Below are positions 1 to 11,603 of a stretch of 64,000 bases of DNA, piece after piece (within the stretch, counting starts at the first letter, position 1; the number at the start of each line of letters is the position of its first letter). Origin of the DNA: Isurus oxyrinchus (Eukaryota). Location: contig JANJGN010000036.1 in assembly GCA_026770705.1 (NCBI GenBank), forward strand, positions 2,046,001-2,110,000, read 5' to 3'. The translations under genes were made by a program, and so were the position numbers. The notes under the pieces were generated by a model. The model was not told where the DNA came from. It searched no databases and saw nothing but the letters and a program-made list of their open reading frames with translations.

Positions 1-852
1 GTTGGATTTGAACTTTTATTTCATATACATGTCGTATCTGAGCAATGTTCCACATTGCCAGAGAATGATAGAACCCAAAATGAGGCCATTCAGCCTATTG
101 TGTCTGTGCTGCCTCTTTGGAAAAGTGCCACTGTCACGCGCCTCTGAGAATAGAAAACCCTCCTCACTCTCCTCTGAAATGAGACACCTCTCATTATGAA
201 GCTGTGCTGGCAAATTCTAGATTGGCCCCGCAAGGAGCAGATCTGGTCGATCCCTCTCAGAATGGTATATGCTTCCGTTAGATCTGGTCCATCTCTCTCA
301 GAATGCCTAATGCTTCAATAAGATCACCTCTCATTCGTCTAAATCCGATATTTGTGGCTCCATCCGGCTCAAATTGTTCTGCAAAACACCCCTTCATCTC
401 ACTGAGCCTTCACAGAACTGCCTCCCATGTGAGTCGTACACATGCACCTACAAACACACACATACACACACACTCACATACAGAGTAGTACACACACAGA
501 TAAATGCAAATACATCAAAAAGGACAAAGGCAGCAGATGCATGGGAACATCACCACCTGCACTTCCCCTCCAAGTCACACACTGTCCTGAGCTGCAATGA
601 GATCGCCGTTACTTCCCGGTCGTTGGATCAAAATCCTGAAACTCGCTTACAAACAGCACTGTGGGCGCACCTACATTACATGGACTGCAGTGGGTCAAGG
701 AGATGGCACATCACCAGCTTCTCAAGAGGAATTAGGGATGGGCAACAAACACTGACCTGGCAAGGAACGTTGACACCCATTCAATAAATACAACATGCAT
801 ATACACACAGATACACTCTCACTTATGTACAAACAAGGGCAACAAGACACAC

Positions 853-1440
853 ACATGAACACGGACATATACAGAGATATAACTGCATACTCAAATCTTG
901 TATAACACTGCAAAATGTGGCTTCCTCTAACAAACAGAACCGGGAGGGATAACGCTCTAGATCAGTGTCTGTTGAAGGAATTACTCCCTGACACTTACTT
1001 GACCGTTCTATTATTAGATGTCAATGCGTTTTCCAATTAGAACGATAATGGGGACCGGATGCAAATAAAGGTGATGATTACAGACTAATGTCCTCTGTTA
1101 ACGGGGAGACATATCCCTTGCAATCTGGAGCTAAATGCAGAGAAAAGAGTCGAACAAGCATTGCTGGTTATAAATCTAAGAATGAGAGATAATTTCAATG
1201 AATCATATAAGATTCTGAGGGAACTTTGATAGGGTACATGTTGAGAGACTGTTTGACCTCGTGGTGAATCTGGAACTAGTGTCTACAGCTTCAGAAAGAG
1301 CGTTTTCTCAATTCCGACTGAGATGAGATGTTTCTCCTCTCAGACCGATTTTTGAATTGTCCTGCCCAGGGAGCAGTTGAAGCTGGGTCAGTGAACCAAC
1401 TGAAATCTGAGTCAGACAGGGTTTTCATTGACAAGGTCGT
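853..1440 (+). repeat. ~590-bp direct repeat, copy 1 (unique sequence plus CR1 3' fragment)
   Basis: Near-identical to ~7428-8025 (acatgaacacggac.tatacagagatataactgcatac ... ttgacaaggt). Confidence 0.85.
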
Positions 1441-1960
1441 CCTGAAATAAGAATTCGTGACTCGACAAACCTGGCGCCCGGCATCAAGTCAATGTGGGTA
1501 AATGGCTGGATTTCTGGGTTAAAGCGACACTGGGAATCGGATCCCTTCCTCCACCCGCACCACCACCCACCCCGCCGCCCCCCAATCCCCCCCCACCCCC
1601 ACCGCTCCCCACCCCCATCCGAGCGCCGGAAATGATAAATCGACGAGCGTTGTGCAAATTCGTCGCTTAATTTTGGACTCCAAACCCCGCCTCCCACACA
1701 TGTTAAAATGCGAATTGTGACCTATTGCTGTTTGCAGGCAGGACCTGTGTGTGGGAGCTGAGCGACTAAAGAGGAAGCTCAGAGTCACCGTTTACCTCCT
1801 GCTGCATTTTCCATCCGCCTGTGTTTAAAAGGCAGCGCCTAATTTCCGCGGCTCCGCATTTCACTATTTCACCCGGTTCCCCGTCTGGATTGAGGTTCCC
1901 GACCCCCCAGAGGAATAAGGGACGAACTCACAACTTCAGCCACAGCCTCGGCCGCCGACA

Positions 1961-2003
1961 ATGAGCGTCATCACTCTCTGCGCCCTGCTCCACCTCTTCC
2001 CAG
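1961..2003 (+). CDS. Gene A exon 1, signal peptide
   Basis: ATG...CCA G|GTTAGA, phase 1. Hydrophobic MSVITLCALLHLFP, homologous to the gene B leader MRFVMSCTLLHVFP. Confidence 0.8.
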
Positions 2004-5000
2004 GTTAGATTTCCTTACTCCTGATGCGCGGCGGGACCCCACCGGAAGCTCACTGAGGAATGTCAGGAGGGCGAGGAGGCGACGCCGCCGTTTCCTGGAA
2101 TATTCCTCCTCTGCCGAGGGAATGAATGGTCTAAAGTTCAGAAGTCTAGATAAACCGAGATGTCTCACATCTCAAGGCTGCAACTGTGAAAAGGACAGGA
2201 CAGCCCTGACTGCGCCCCGGACCGAGACTTATCCCTTCACCCAACAGACTGTCTGATTATTACCACGGCGCTATTTTTGGGATCTTGCTGTGCACTAACT
2301 GTTCGCCGCATTTCCGAGAATGCAAGAGTGACCGCCCTTGAAAAAGTAATTCATGTGAAGCGCCTTTATCTCCTTCCTATACCTTTCTTTTACTCTCTCT
2401 CTCTTTCTCTCTTTCTTTCTTTGTTTCTTTGTTCCTTCCTCTCTTCCTCCAGGTCTGATCTCAAATTTAACCCTCAGCGCTTTATCCCGCCTACAGGTCA
2501 GGAACTGGCGATCCTTCCTGACAGAATGTCCCTGTCACCAGGTGACAGGCGGAATGTCTCTTTGGTATAAAACAGGTTTTATGTTTCCCTGACATAACAG
2601 GATGTCTTGTGCTGTGTTCTGTCCCCTCAGTGACCGTCTCTCAGGCCGCGTTCCCGCAAACTCCGGCCGCTCAGACCGTCTCGGTGGGCAGTAGCTTCAA
2701 GGTGCATTGCCACACAGGCTGGTTATCAAGTGGAGCTGTTTACTGGTATAAACAGCAACACCGAGAACACCTGCAGTTCGTTCACAGGGTGAGAAAGCAC
2801 ATCCCTGCAGAGGGAAGGTTTTCAGGAGAAATCAACGACAAATCGACCATTTACACCTTAGTGATCGAGGAGGTCCAGAGAAATGACTCGGGTTTTTATT
2901 ACTGCGCCGCCCGGAAAACCCATGGAATGTCCCTGGTCTTCGGGACCGGCTCCAAATTGTTCACAACAGGTAAAAACAAAAAGAGAAATGAGATTGTTTA
3001 CTCGCTTTATCATTGTTTTTTCCTTCGATCATGGGATGTGGGTGTCTCTGGCTCGGCAAAGCGTGTATTACCCATCCCTAATTACCCTTGTTCAGGAGGC
3101 ATTTAAGAGAAAGTGTGGATCTGGAGTCAGATGTAGGGTCAGACCGGGTAAGGGCGGCAGATTTCCTTCCCTAAAGGGCATTAGTGAACCAGATGGGTGT
3201 TATTTTCTTATTGATGACAATCGATTCCTGGCCATCATTAGACTTTTAATTCCAGATTCTTATTCCGTTCCAATTCCTCCCTCTGCCAGAGGTGCGATTC
3301 GAAGCCGGGTCCCCAGAGCATTACTCACTCTCTAGATTACCAGAGCCCAGTAAACATACCACTCTACACCGTGTCCCCAAAACTACCAATAACCAGGAAT
3401 TCACAGTGAATAATAATTACATCTTATCTCCCAAATTCGCCAGGTACGCCGACAATATTCCTCTTAACTCCGCCGGTGGATGAAGCTGTTGAGATGGAGA
3501 CTGTCCCATTGATGTGTTTGGTGACCAACGCGGCCTCTGTTACCCTTCCCATCCGCTGGAATTTTTCCTCGTGGGAGACAAAGGGAATGACGGATTCTGG
3601 AACAATCGACTCCGAAGGGGCGTACAATATAAGGAGCCTCATCAGGGTCCCACCAGGAACGTGCAGCGGGGGCGGGTTCTGCACTTGCTCTGTTCAAATC
3701 TCCTCCACTCAAAGTCTCATCAGTGAAAGGTTCTCATATCAGAGAGGTAACTATTGACAATATCCATTTACAGGTATATTTAATTACTGATGTGAGACTG
3801 AATTGTTCGCAATACCGCATGTGTTATCTTAATAGTCGTTCCCTTTCCGTGTATATGGACACAGGCACAGATTCGTAGAAAGTTTACGGCACAGGAAGAG
3901 GCCATGGTGCCTGCCTCGTAGAAAAACGAGCCATCCAGCCCAATCCTACTTTCCAACATTTGGTCGGTATCCCTGCATCTTACAGCGCTACAGAAACACA
4001 TCCAATTGCCTTTTAAATGAATTGAGGGTTTCTGCCTCTCCTGCCCTTTCAGGCAGTGAGTCTCAGACCCCTACAACACCCTGGGCGAGAAGAATCTTCC
4101 CTCGTCTCCCCTCTAATCTTTCTACAAATCACTATAAACCTGGACACTGACATCTCTGCTAAAGTAAAAAAGCCATTCACATCCCCTCTATCCAGACTCC
4201 ACACAATTTTGTACACATCAACCCCATCTCCCATCAGCCTCCTCTGCTCCAAGGAGAATAGTCCCAGCCTATCCAATGTTTCCTCATAGCTACAATTTTC
4301 CAGTCGTGGTAACATCCTTGTGAATTTGTTCTCTACTCTAATGCAAGCACGCCCTTTCTGTAATGAGATGACCAGAAATACATACACCACTCACGCTGAA
4401 GCCTAACTCATGTTTAATACAGTTCCAGCATAGCCTCCCTCCTCTTGCATCCTAAACGTCGTCTAATAAATGAAAGGATCTGGGGCTAATTACCCGGTCA
4501 ATTACCTCTTCCATATCTCTCAATGTTTCAGTGTTTAGCTCCCTAAAATTTGAAGCCCATCTGTTTAACTATGCCAGAGATACATGGTGGGAGATAAGGA
4601 ATCAGGCTGAGATTTTGCAGTTTAAAATAGGAAAATTGAAATTCAATTTCCAGTTTGAAACTTGAGCAGTATTTTGCTTCTATCCTCCCAAACGCACAAT
4701 ACCATCAACATGTGCTCTTACCCTCATATCCCTTTTTCTGCCGTGTGTTTAAGGAGTTTCTCCGCAATGAGACTTTCCTTGTAGACATTTCCACATTCTA
4801 ACGATAAAAGAAGCAAAATAGAGCGGATGCAGGAAATCTGAAGCAAACGCAGGAAAAAAAAAGGCCTGGAGAAGGGTCACGCAGACTCGAAACGTTAACA
4901 CCGTTTCTCTCACCACAGATGCTGTCAGGCCCGCTGAGTTTTTCCAGTATTTTCTATTTTTGTTCCACATTCTAACCACCCTGAACAAAAGAAAAAAAAA

Positions 5001-7037
5001 ACACGGTTTCGCCTGAAATGCCAATTGGGGTTTATAATTGGTAGAAGAGCTGAAAGCTCGACATTCCAGGAGACAAAGCGGACTTTGCATTAAATTCAGA
5101 TTGATACAAGAATATGGGGAGTAGGTCCAAGTAGTGGAGCCGAATTTTGATTCCTTTGGCGAAGAAGAATGTTCTACAATGGACACTAAACCACAAGACA
5201 ACAACATGACTATCAGAGACAAAGTAAGCCGCTTGATTGGCACCCACGCTCTGCATGGGCCCAGTGGCAGTAATATCTACAAGATGTCCTGCATAATCTC
5301 GCCATGGTCACGTTGTTCTCTAATCTTATTGTGTTTTCTTGAATTTACCTCTTAATCCTTGTCTCTTCCAGTCTCGCTCTGTCTCTCCATCAATCTGTCT
5401 ACCCCTTTTCATTTTCATATTTTAATTTCACTCGGGTTTCGTTCTATTGGCAATACTGACTTTGAGTCCCCATCCCTCGCTATTTTGAGTGGGCGTTGGC
5501 GTGTACTCTTGAAATTTTGAAAAGTGACAGGTGGCACGGGTAAGGGATTTTTCACAATTGTTTCTCCGCCCGCCCCCTCCACCACCCCTCACCCGCCTCT
5601 TTCTTCAGAGCCGCGAAAGGGTACTTGTTACCTGTTGATTTACCGAAGTGCATTGGGGATCATTCTCCTTCTGTTGACCTTGACTGTCGTCGGCAGATGG
5701 AGCTACATGAAGCGACATTCAGGTAGGAAGAGCTGCAAATTTTTGGGGCTCTACACCCTGCAAGTGAGTCGATGCAACCTTTACCTCTTTTTGACACGTT
5801 AATTAACTCGATAAGGGTAAAATTTGCAGACATTTATGCCCTTTTTTTAATATATCAGGCAACGGGAACTCGGATGAGACATTCACGGATTCTGGGTCAC
5901 GTGAGCGAAACCAAGAGGTAAATACATGGAGACTTTTTTTTTGCAGTTTCCTGTCGCTGATTTTATAAAACAACCTTTATGCGGGATTGTTATGGCCCGA
6001 AAGTTCACTAAACTTCTCATAGTCAAAATGGCAGCATTTACCATTTTGCTAGAACTGGAAACAGCTGGAAATATATATCTGGAGATTTAATATCAGTAAT
6101 AATATTTAATGATGTTTCAATCGAACGATAATAGAGTTAAAATGGTTGAATTATGAGAACAGGTAACACATATTCGTTGTTTATACTGAAGAATAAAAAA
6201 TGTTCCAATTGTAATGTTTACACTGCTTAAATTATCTATGGGGGATGTGGTGGCAGAGTGGGATTGTCATTGGGCTACTGTTCAAGTGTAATTTCCTGGA
6301 TACCCGGGTTCCAGTTCCAGCGCAGCAAATGGTTCAATTTGAATTCAATCCAAATTTGGAATTAAAAAATCTCTGAACCATAGGTGATTGTCTGAAGAAG
6401 GTTCATATGGACTCGAAATGATAATTGTTGTTTGCTCTCCACAGATGCTGTTGGATCTGCTGAGTTTTTCCAGCATTTTCTGTTTTTGTTTCAAATTTCC
6501 AGCATCTGCAGTATTTTGCTTTCATTATATTGTCGTAAACACCCATCTGGTGCATTAATGCCCCATAGAGGAGTAGATCTGCCGCCCTCACCTGGTCTGG
6601 CTGGCACGTGACTCCAGACCCACAGCAATGTTGTTGACTCTTAACTGCAATTAGGGATGGGCACTCAGTGCTGGCCTAGGCAGCGACGCCAACATTATAT
6701 GAACGAATGAAGAAATGATCGGATTAGACGAGAAAATCTGTTACAGGCGCGAATGCTCAGGGACAAAACCTTAAAATTGGGAGCAGCCGTTCAGAGGTGA
6801 CATCAGAAAGCACCAGCGCACACAAAGGGGAGGTGGGGATCTCAGCTAGATTGTAATATTTACTTTCAACCCTAAGGCATTGCAAAGTATTTGGAGATAG
6901 AGACCAACATTGGTCTAATTGAATGGGGTATCAAGGTCCAGGCGAGCTCGTAATGTTTATATGATGATAATAGTTACCATTTCCCCTCATAGACTCTTGA
7001 TGCTCGACTGGCGTTTACTGCAGATCCGGCGTCCTGA
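1961..7037 (+). CDS. Gene A: intact non-rearranging VJ-C1-TM immunoglobulin-superfamily receptor (300 aa), activating-type (TM Arg, no tail Tyr motif)
   Basis: Six phase-compatible GT-AG exons: 1961-2003 (leader MSVITLCALLHLFP), 2631-2969 (VJ), 3444-3746 (C1), 5609-5722 (TM), 5859-5917 and 6993-7037 (TLDARLAFTADPAS*). Total 903 nt, open throughout. Exon sizes 43/303/59/45 are identical to those of paralog B. Confidence 0.88.
2631..2969 (+). CDS. Gene A exon 2, Ig V-set domain with germline-fused J segment
   Basis: ccctcag acceptor. VHC...VYWYKQ...NDSGFYYCAARKTHGMSLVFGTGSKLFTT contains the FGxG J motif in the same exon. Donor G|GTAAAA. Confidence 0.93.
3015..3375 (-). mobile_element. tRNA-derived SINE in the gene A V-C1 intron
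   Basis: Reverse-strand tRNA-like head (ggtgtagagtggt...ctctggggacccggcttcgaatcgcacc). A similar element lies at ~6240-6710 on +. Confidence 0.6.
3444..3746 (+). CDS. Gene A exon 3, Ig C1-type domain
   Basis: GTPTIFLLTPP...VPLMCLV...IRWNFS...EGAYNIRSLIRV...FCTCSVQ. cag acceptor, G|GTAAC donor, phase 1-1. Confidence 0.9.
3880..4480 (-). mobile_element. CR1-like LINE 3' fragment
   Basis: Peptide LPRLENCSYEETLDRLGLFSLEQRRLMGD, typical of the CR1 ORF2 C-terminus. Confidence 0.75.
5609..5722 (+). CDS. Gene A exon 4, stalk Cys plus transmembrane helix containing Arg
   Basis: ttcttcag|(E)PRKGTCYLLIYRSALGIILLLLTLTVVGRWSYMKRHS G|GTAGGA. Confidence 0.85.
5859..5917 (+). CDS. Gene A exon 5, cytoplasmic
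   Basis: (G)NGNSDETFTDSGSRERNQE|GTAAAT. 59 nt, same length and phase as the gene B exon at 14208-14266. Confidence 0.78.
6240..6710 (+). mobile_element. tRNA-derived SINE interrupted by a second short repeat
   Basis: Head gtggtggcagagtgg...cccgggttccagttcc; body shared with other copies in the window. Confidence 0.55.
6993..7037 (+). CDS. Gene A exon 6, terminal cytoplasmic exon
   Basis: ttcccctcatag|TLDARLAFTADPAS*. Aligns codon-for-codon with gene B TLYARLAFNADPTL*. Confidence 0.82.
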   Translation, partial: TLDARLAFTADPAS

Positions 7038-7427
7038 CGGGAAAGAACAGTTATTGGATGAAGCAGGAGATGACGCGTTGAAGAACATTTCCACCATGGA
7101 ATTCAATAAGAAACATTGTTCAATGGTAATTCCAACAACATTTCCTCGATCTTGTGCCGTGCTCGTGTGTTTTGACGCTCATTGGCAGAGGTGTGGAAAT
7201 GTAATTTAGAAGACCTCTAGGTGTCAGCACTTCCACTAGACGGAGTTTAACTTTTATGTTAGTGAGTAACAAGCACTTGTCACCCAACGAATGACCCCTC
7301 AGATGTATTTCCAATATAGAAACGATTTAGCACCTACTGTGGATTTGTCATTATTATTGTTCTCCTTCTTGTTTTTGTTCTTCTTATTATTATTATCCGT
7401 CACGTATATGTCCATCGGTGATATCAC

Positions 7428-8025
7428 AACATGAACACGGACGTATACAGAGATATAACTGCATACCTAAACCTTGTATAACACTGCAAAATGTGGTTTC
7501 CTCAAACGAACAGAAGCGTCAGGGATCTTATTCTGATTCTGGATCAGTGTCTGTCGAAGGAATTGCTCCCTAATACTTAACTGACCCTTCTATTATTAGA
7601 TGTTAGTGCGGTTTCCAGTTAGATCGATAATGAGGACCGGATTCAAATTAAGATGATGATTACATGCTCTTAATGCCCTCTGTTTACAGAGAGACATATC
7701 CCTTGCAATCTGAAGCTAAATGCAAAGAAAAATATCAAACAAGCATTGCTGGTTTTAAATCTAAGAATGAGACATCACCTTCCTGAAACATATAAGATTC
7801 TGAGGGAGCTTTGAAAGGGTAGATGTTGAGAGGCTGTTTGCCGTCGTGGGGAATCTGGAACTAGTGTTCACAGCTTCAGAATGAGGGTTTCCCATTTACA
7901 ACTGACATGAGGAGATGTTTCTTCTCTCAGATTGATTTTTAAATTGTCCTGACCGGAGAGCATTTGAAGCTAGGTCAGTGAACATGCTGAAGTCTGAGTT
8001 AGACAGATTTTTGATTGACAAGGTA
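7428..8025 (+). repeat. ~590-bp direct repeat, copy 2
   Basis: Matches 853-1440. The CR1 3' end continues to ~8150 in this copy. Confidence 0.85.
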
Positions 8026-9468
8026 GCCAGAAATTATGGGGACCAGACAGGAAAGTGAAGCCAAGGCCACAATCAGTTCAGCCATGTTCTTATTGAATGA
8101 TGGCACAGGCTCGGGGGCACAAATGTTCTACTCCTGCTCATATTTCTCAGGATAGTTTAATATGTGGTCAATTGAAATAAATGTTCAGATGGTAATTGTT
8201 GACTGGTCTAAAATCAATCTTAAAAGAACGAAGAAAATATTTTAAATATTTATACCAAAGGACTCTGTGTTAGGGTGAACTGGTTTTGACACCGTTTTAA
8301 ATATAGTGAGACTTAGTTAGGAAATTTACAAAATGGTTCCATTGCACCATTGCTTCGTGGGAGCTTTTCACTCCGATTCCTGAAACAAGGAGCTGCAAAT
8401 GGGTATTTAAAATTGACGCGCATTAAACAAACGCTCATTAAAATGTTAAACATAAATAACCCCAGCAGCCGGATTAATGAATCCGAATCCCAATTAAGAT
8501 GAAGATGAGAACCCGGATTATCGCGATGCTCATTGCAAAGGGTCAAACTGCTGCATCAAAATCGAGACAAAACATTTAGAAACTTCTGCTGGATGAAATC
8601 ATTCTTTTATGGGACTCTCTCATGGGAAACTTGAGCCAATTATAAAGTTAAAGCAGCAAATCAGTGCTGCAAATTCTCCACAGGATCCCATGTCAAGGAA
8701 TCTTCAGGAGAATTCTGAGCGACGGAAGCTGGGAGAGAAGAGAGAGATACATTCATCTTTATGTGACTAACGTGATAGAATGAAATACAGTCAGAATGGG
8801 TTCCGAAATGAGCAGACAGTGTTGTTCCTCACTGAGTGTCTGAACTGTTTTGCAGAAATGCTTGACCTTGAAAAACAAAGAAGTGACTCAGTGACCCTTG
8901 TAGCAGAGAGCAGGGCTGGGTAGCAAAGAGGCTGTGACAGCGAGCTTCAGAAAGACGCCTCGATCAAAGCCCATTCAGAGAGTGTGAAAAGCACATCGAG
9001 GGCGGAAATCGTTGACCCAGATTCTGATTATACTTGAGATGTAAAGTTGTCCCAGCCAGAAGCTCTTCCTATGTTTCCTGTTATTTTACCTTATGTTATG
9101 CAAGCTTCACGTACCGAGCTGCCTTCCGAGGTGAAACGCTGGGTATCAATGTTAAGCTGCTGAGAGAAGGCGGCTTGCTCCAAAGACAGATTCAACCGAA
9201 CAGACAAGAGGCTGGTTTACAATGAACCTCATTTACAGCGCCCTTATCGATGTGGTAACTGGTCAATGTTTATCATCAATCCCGGTTTAGAATAACATTT
9301 ACAGGTTCCCAATAGTATTCACAAAAGATGCCTTCACTTCACCTGCGGCTCACAACGAATACAGTGTATGTTACCCACACACAGGCAACACTGCAACAGT
9401 TCACTCAGGCTTTTAATGCAGTTTTGAACACAATCCACACACAATTCATTCAATATGTTCCAATCTAG

Positions 9469-11603
9469 GTATTGAGGAGATTGGATCAGGAATTGTGCAT
9501 ATCAAGGTGCAAGTCTGGTGAGGTTATTGAAACTTATATTACTTTACTGAGACTTTATTTTTGGGGTAATTTTCATGGCGTCCCGTTACTGAATGTTTCA
9601 CGTGGTTAACAGAGAGTTTGGGTCAGTCTGTAGCATCTGATTTTATGTCAAATCCCATTCGTCTCTGTAACTGGAATCGGGACATAGTCCTCATTCTTCT
9701 CCCGATCTGATAATATAAATGATAAGCTAATGTCCAAGATAGAATTTACCTGTCAGACTTTTCTGCGAATTTCCTGTTTTTTCCCCTTCCAACGATCTCA
9801 TTTAATTTAGTTTATCTGAATAATGAGGACATTCTGCCCTCCCCTGCCTCTCCCCTTCCTCTCACCCCCACCCAACCGTTTTGCTTTCATATATTAGCCA
9901 TTGGAATTGCAGAAAAGGCCAATCCCAACACAATATCATTTTACAGTTATGGCAAATATTTTTATTTTGTGAGTGACAAATATGGAATCAGTTTGGNNNN
10001 NNNNNNNNNNNNNNNNNNNNNNNNNNNNNNNNNNNNNNNNNNNNNNNNNNNNNNNNNNNNNNNNNNNNNNNNNNNNNNNNNNNNNNNNNNNNNNNNNNNN
10101 NNNNNNNNNNNNNNNNNNNNNNNNNNNNNNNNNNNNNNNNNGTGTGTGACTGTGTGTTTGTGTGCCTATGGGTGTATGTGCGTGCGTGAGTGTATGTAAG
10201 TGTGTGTGAGTGTGCGTTTGTGTGCCTATGGGTGCATGTGTGTGTGTGTGTATCTGTGTATGTGCGTGTTTTTTTGTTTGTGTGCATGTGTGTATGTATG
10301 TGTTTGTGTCTGCGTGTGTGTAGTTTTGTGTGTCTGTGTGTGTGTGTTTGTGTCTCTGTGGGTATGTGTGTGTGTGTTTGTGTGTTTGTGTGTTTATGGG
10401 TGGATGTGGGTGTCTGTATGTATGTATGTGTGTGTGTGTGTATGTGTGTGTGTATGTGTTTGTGTGTGTGCATGTGTGTGTGAATCTGACTGTCCATACC
10501 TCAGTGGGTCGTTGTTTACCTCTGTCTCCACCCACCTCCATCACCCATCTCCACGCCCCTCAGAGTCAGAAAGGGAGGGTTCGAGTCATCTCGCCAGAGA
10601 TTTGAGCAATAAGTGTAGACTGACTCATCACTGCAGACCTGAGGGATTGCTGCACTGACTAAGGTGCCGCTTTCAGATTCTGTGTTAAACCTTGGCCCTT
10701 TCTGCCTGTCGGTCGGTGTGAAAGGTGCATCGTTGCTATTCCGTGAAGAAGTGGGGTGGGGATTGGGTTCTCTCCTGTGCCCTGGGTGATATTAAAATCT
10801 CTTGACCAACATCTAAAAACACATTTTTTAGGTCATAATCTCATTGTTTTTTTTCCTGGAATCTCACTCTGCACAATATAGCTGCCCCGTTAACAACATT
10901 ACAAACATTGAGTGCACCATAAGAAGTGTCTGAAAAACAAATGTGGTTCCTGAAACCTTGAAAAGCGCGGTATTAACACAAGCCTTTTAATTGTGTGTGT
11001 ATGTGTGTGTGTGTGTTACTCTTTCTGGCTATGATTAGTTTTGTGGGATTTCCCCAACCACATAGATGGCATAGAGCAAAACATGGTGATCTGATTGGCG
11101 AGTTAACATCAATGCAATCCAATAAAATTGAGATAGATCATTCCCATTTTCTGATTACACCTTGGTGATTTCTGTATTAAGTTGCTTTCCGAATTCTGCT
11201 TCTCTATTCCAATACATTAGTTCAGGCAATTCTTGCAAAGGCACATTTAGCAAATCAATTATAAAACTAAGATAGGGAGCAATGAAAGCAGAGATAAGAA
11301 TACATTTCAAAAGACGAGCATATTTGTGGTAGAAAAAAATGCAAAGATATGGAGAAGGAGATGAGTTCACTGGGACGAATTGGGTTACTTTTTCAAAGAG
11401 CTGGCACAGACACCATGGGCAGAATGGCTTTCTTCTGTGTATTCAATGATTCGATCAAGCTCTATTACACAGATAACCTGACCTCACCTGTAACTATTTT
11501 TGAATGTGAATACACTTCCAGTCTCAGGGCGGACCTCCCTAAACCCTTCCTGGAGTTTGCTGCATTAGAAAATAAATCATAAAGAAGACGGGTCACAGAT
11601 AAG
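9469..11603 (+). pseudogene. Remnant D: last two cytoplasmic exons of a gene C-type paralog, in inverted orientation
   Basis: 9469-9517 is homologous to gene C exon 25169-25218 (49 vs 50 nt). 11522 onward reads tct cag ggc gga cct ccc TAA, matching the gene C terminal exon with Tyr->stop plus a frameshift. Intron and 3'UTR homology spans ~9440-12500 vs ~22740-25250. Confidence 0.75.
9997..10485. repeat. (TG)n-rich microsatellite with N-run 9997-10141
   Basis: Direct inspection. Confidence 0.9.

Noticed and set aside
3402-3440. CACAGTG heptamer downstream of the gene A V exon (possible RSS)
   Set aside because: No nonamer at 12- or 23-bp spacing, and it lies over 400 bp from the coding end.
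6240-6350. tRNA gene
   Set aside because: Degenerate tRNA-like head of a SINE; no intact cloverleaf.
8680-9230. Missing TM or upstream exons of remnant D
   Set aside because: AG/GT-bounded candidates exist, but none aligns convincingly to gene C exons.
9936-10658. Long His/Thr- or Cys/Val-rich ORFs (also at ~19.8-20.2, 30.6, 34.4-35.5 and 59.1-60.0 kb)
   Set aside because: Translations of CA/TG microsatellites and N-runs.
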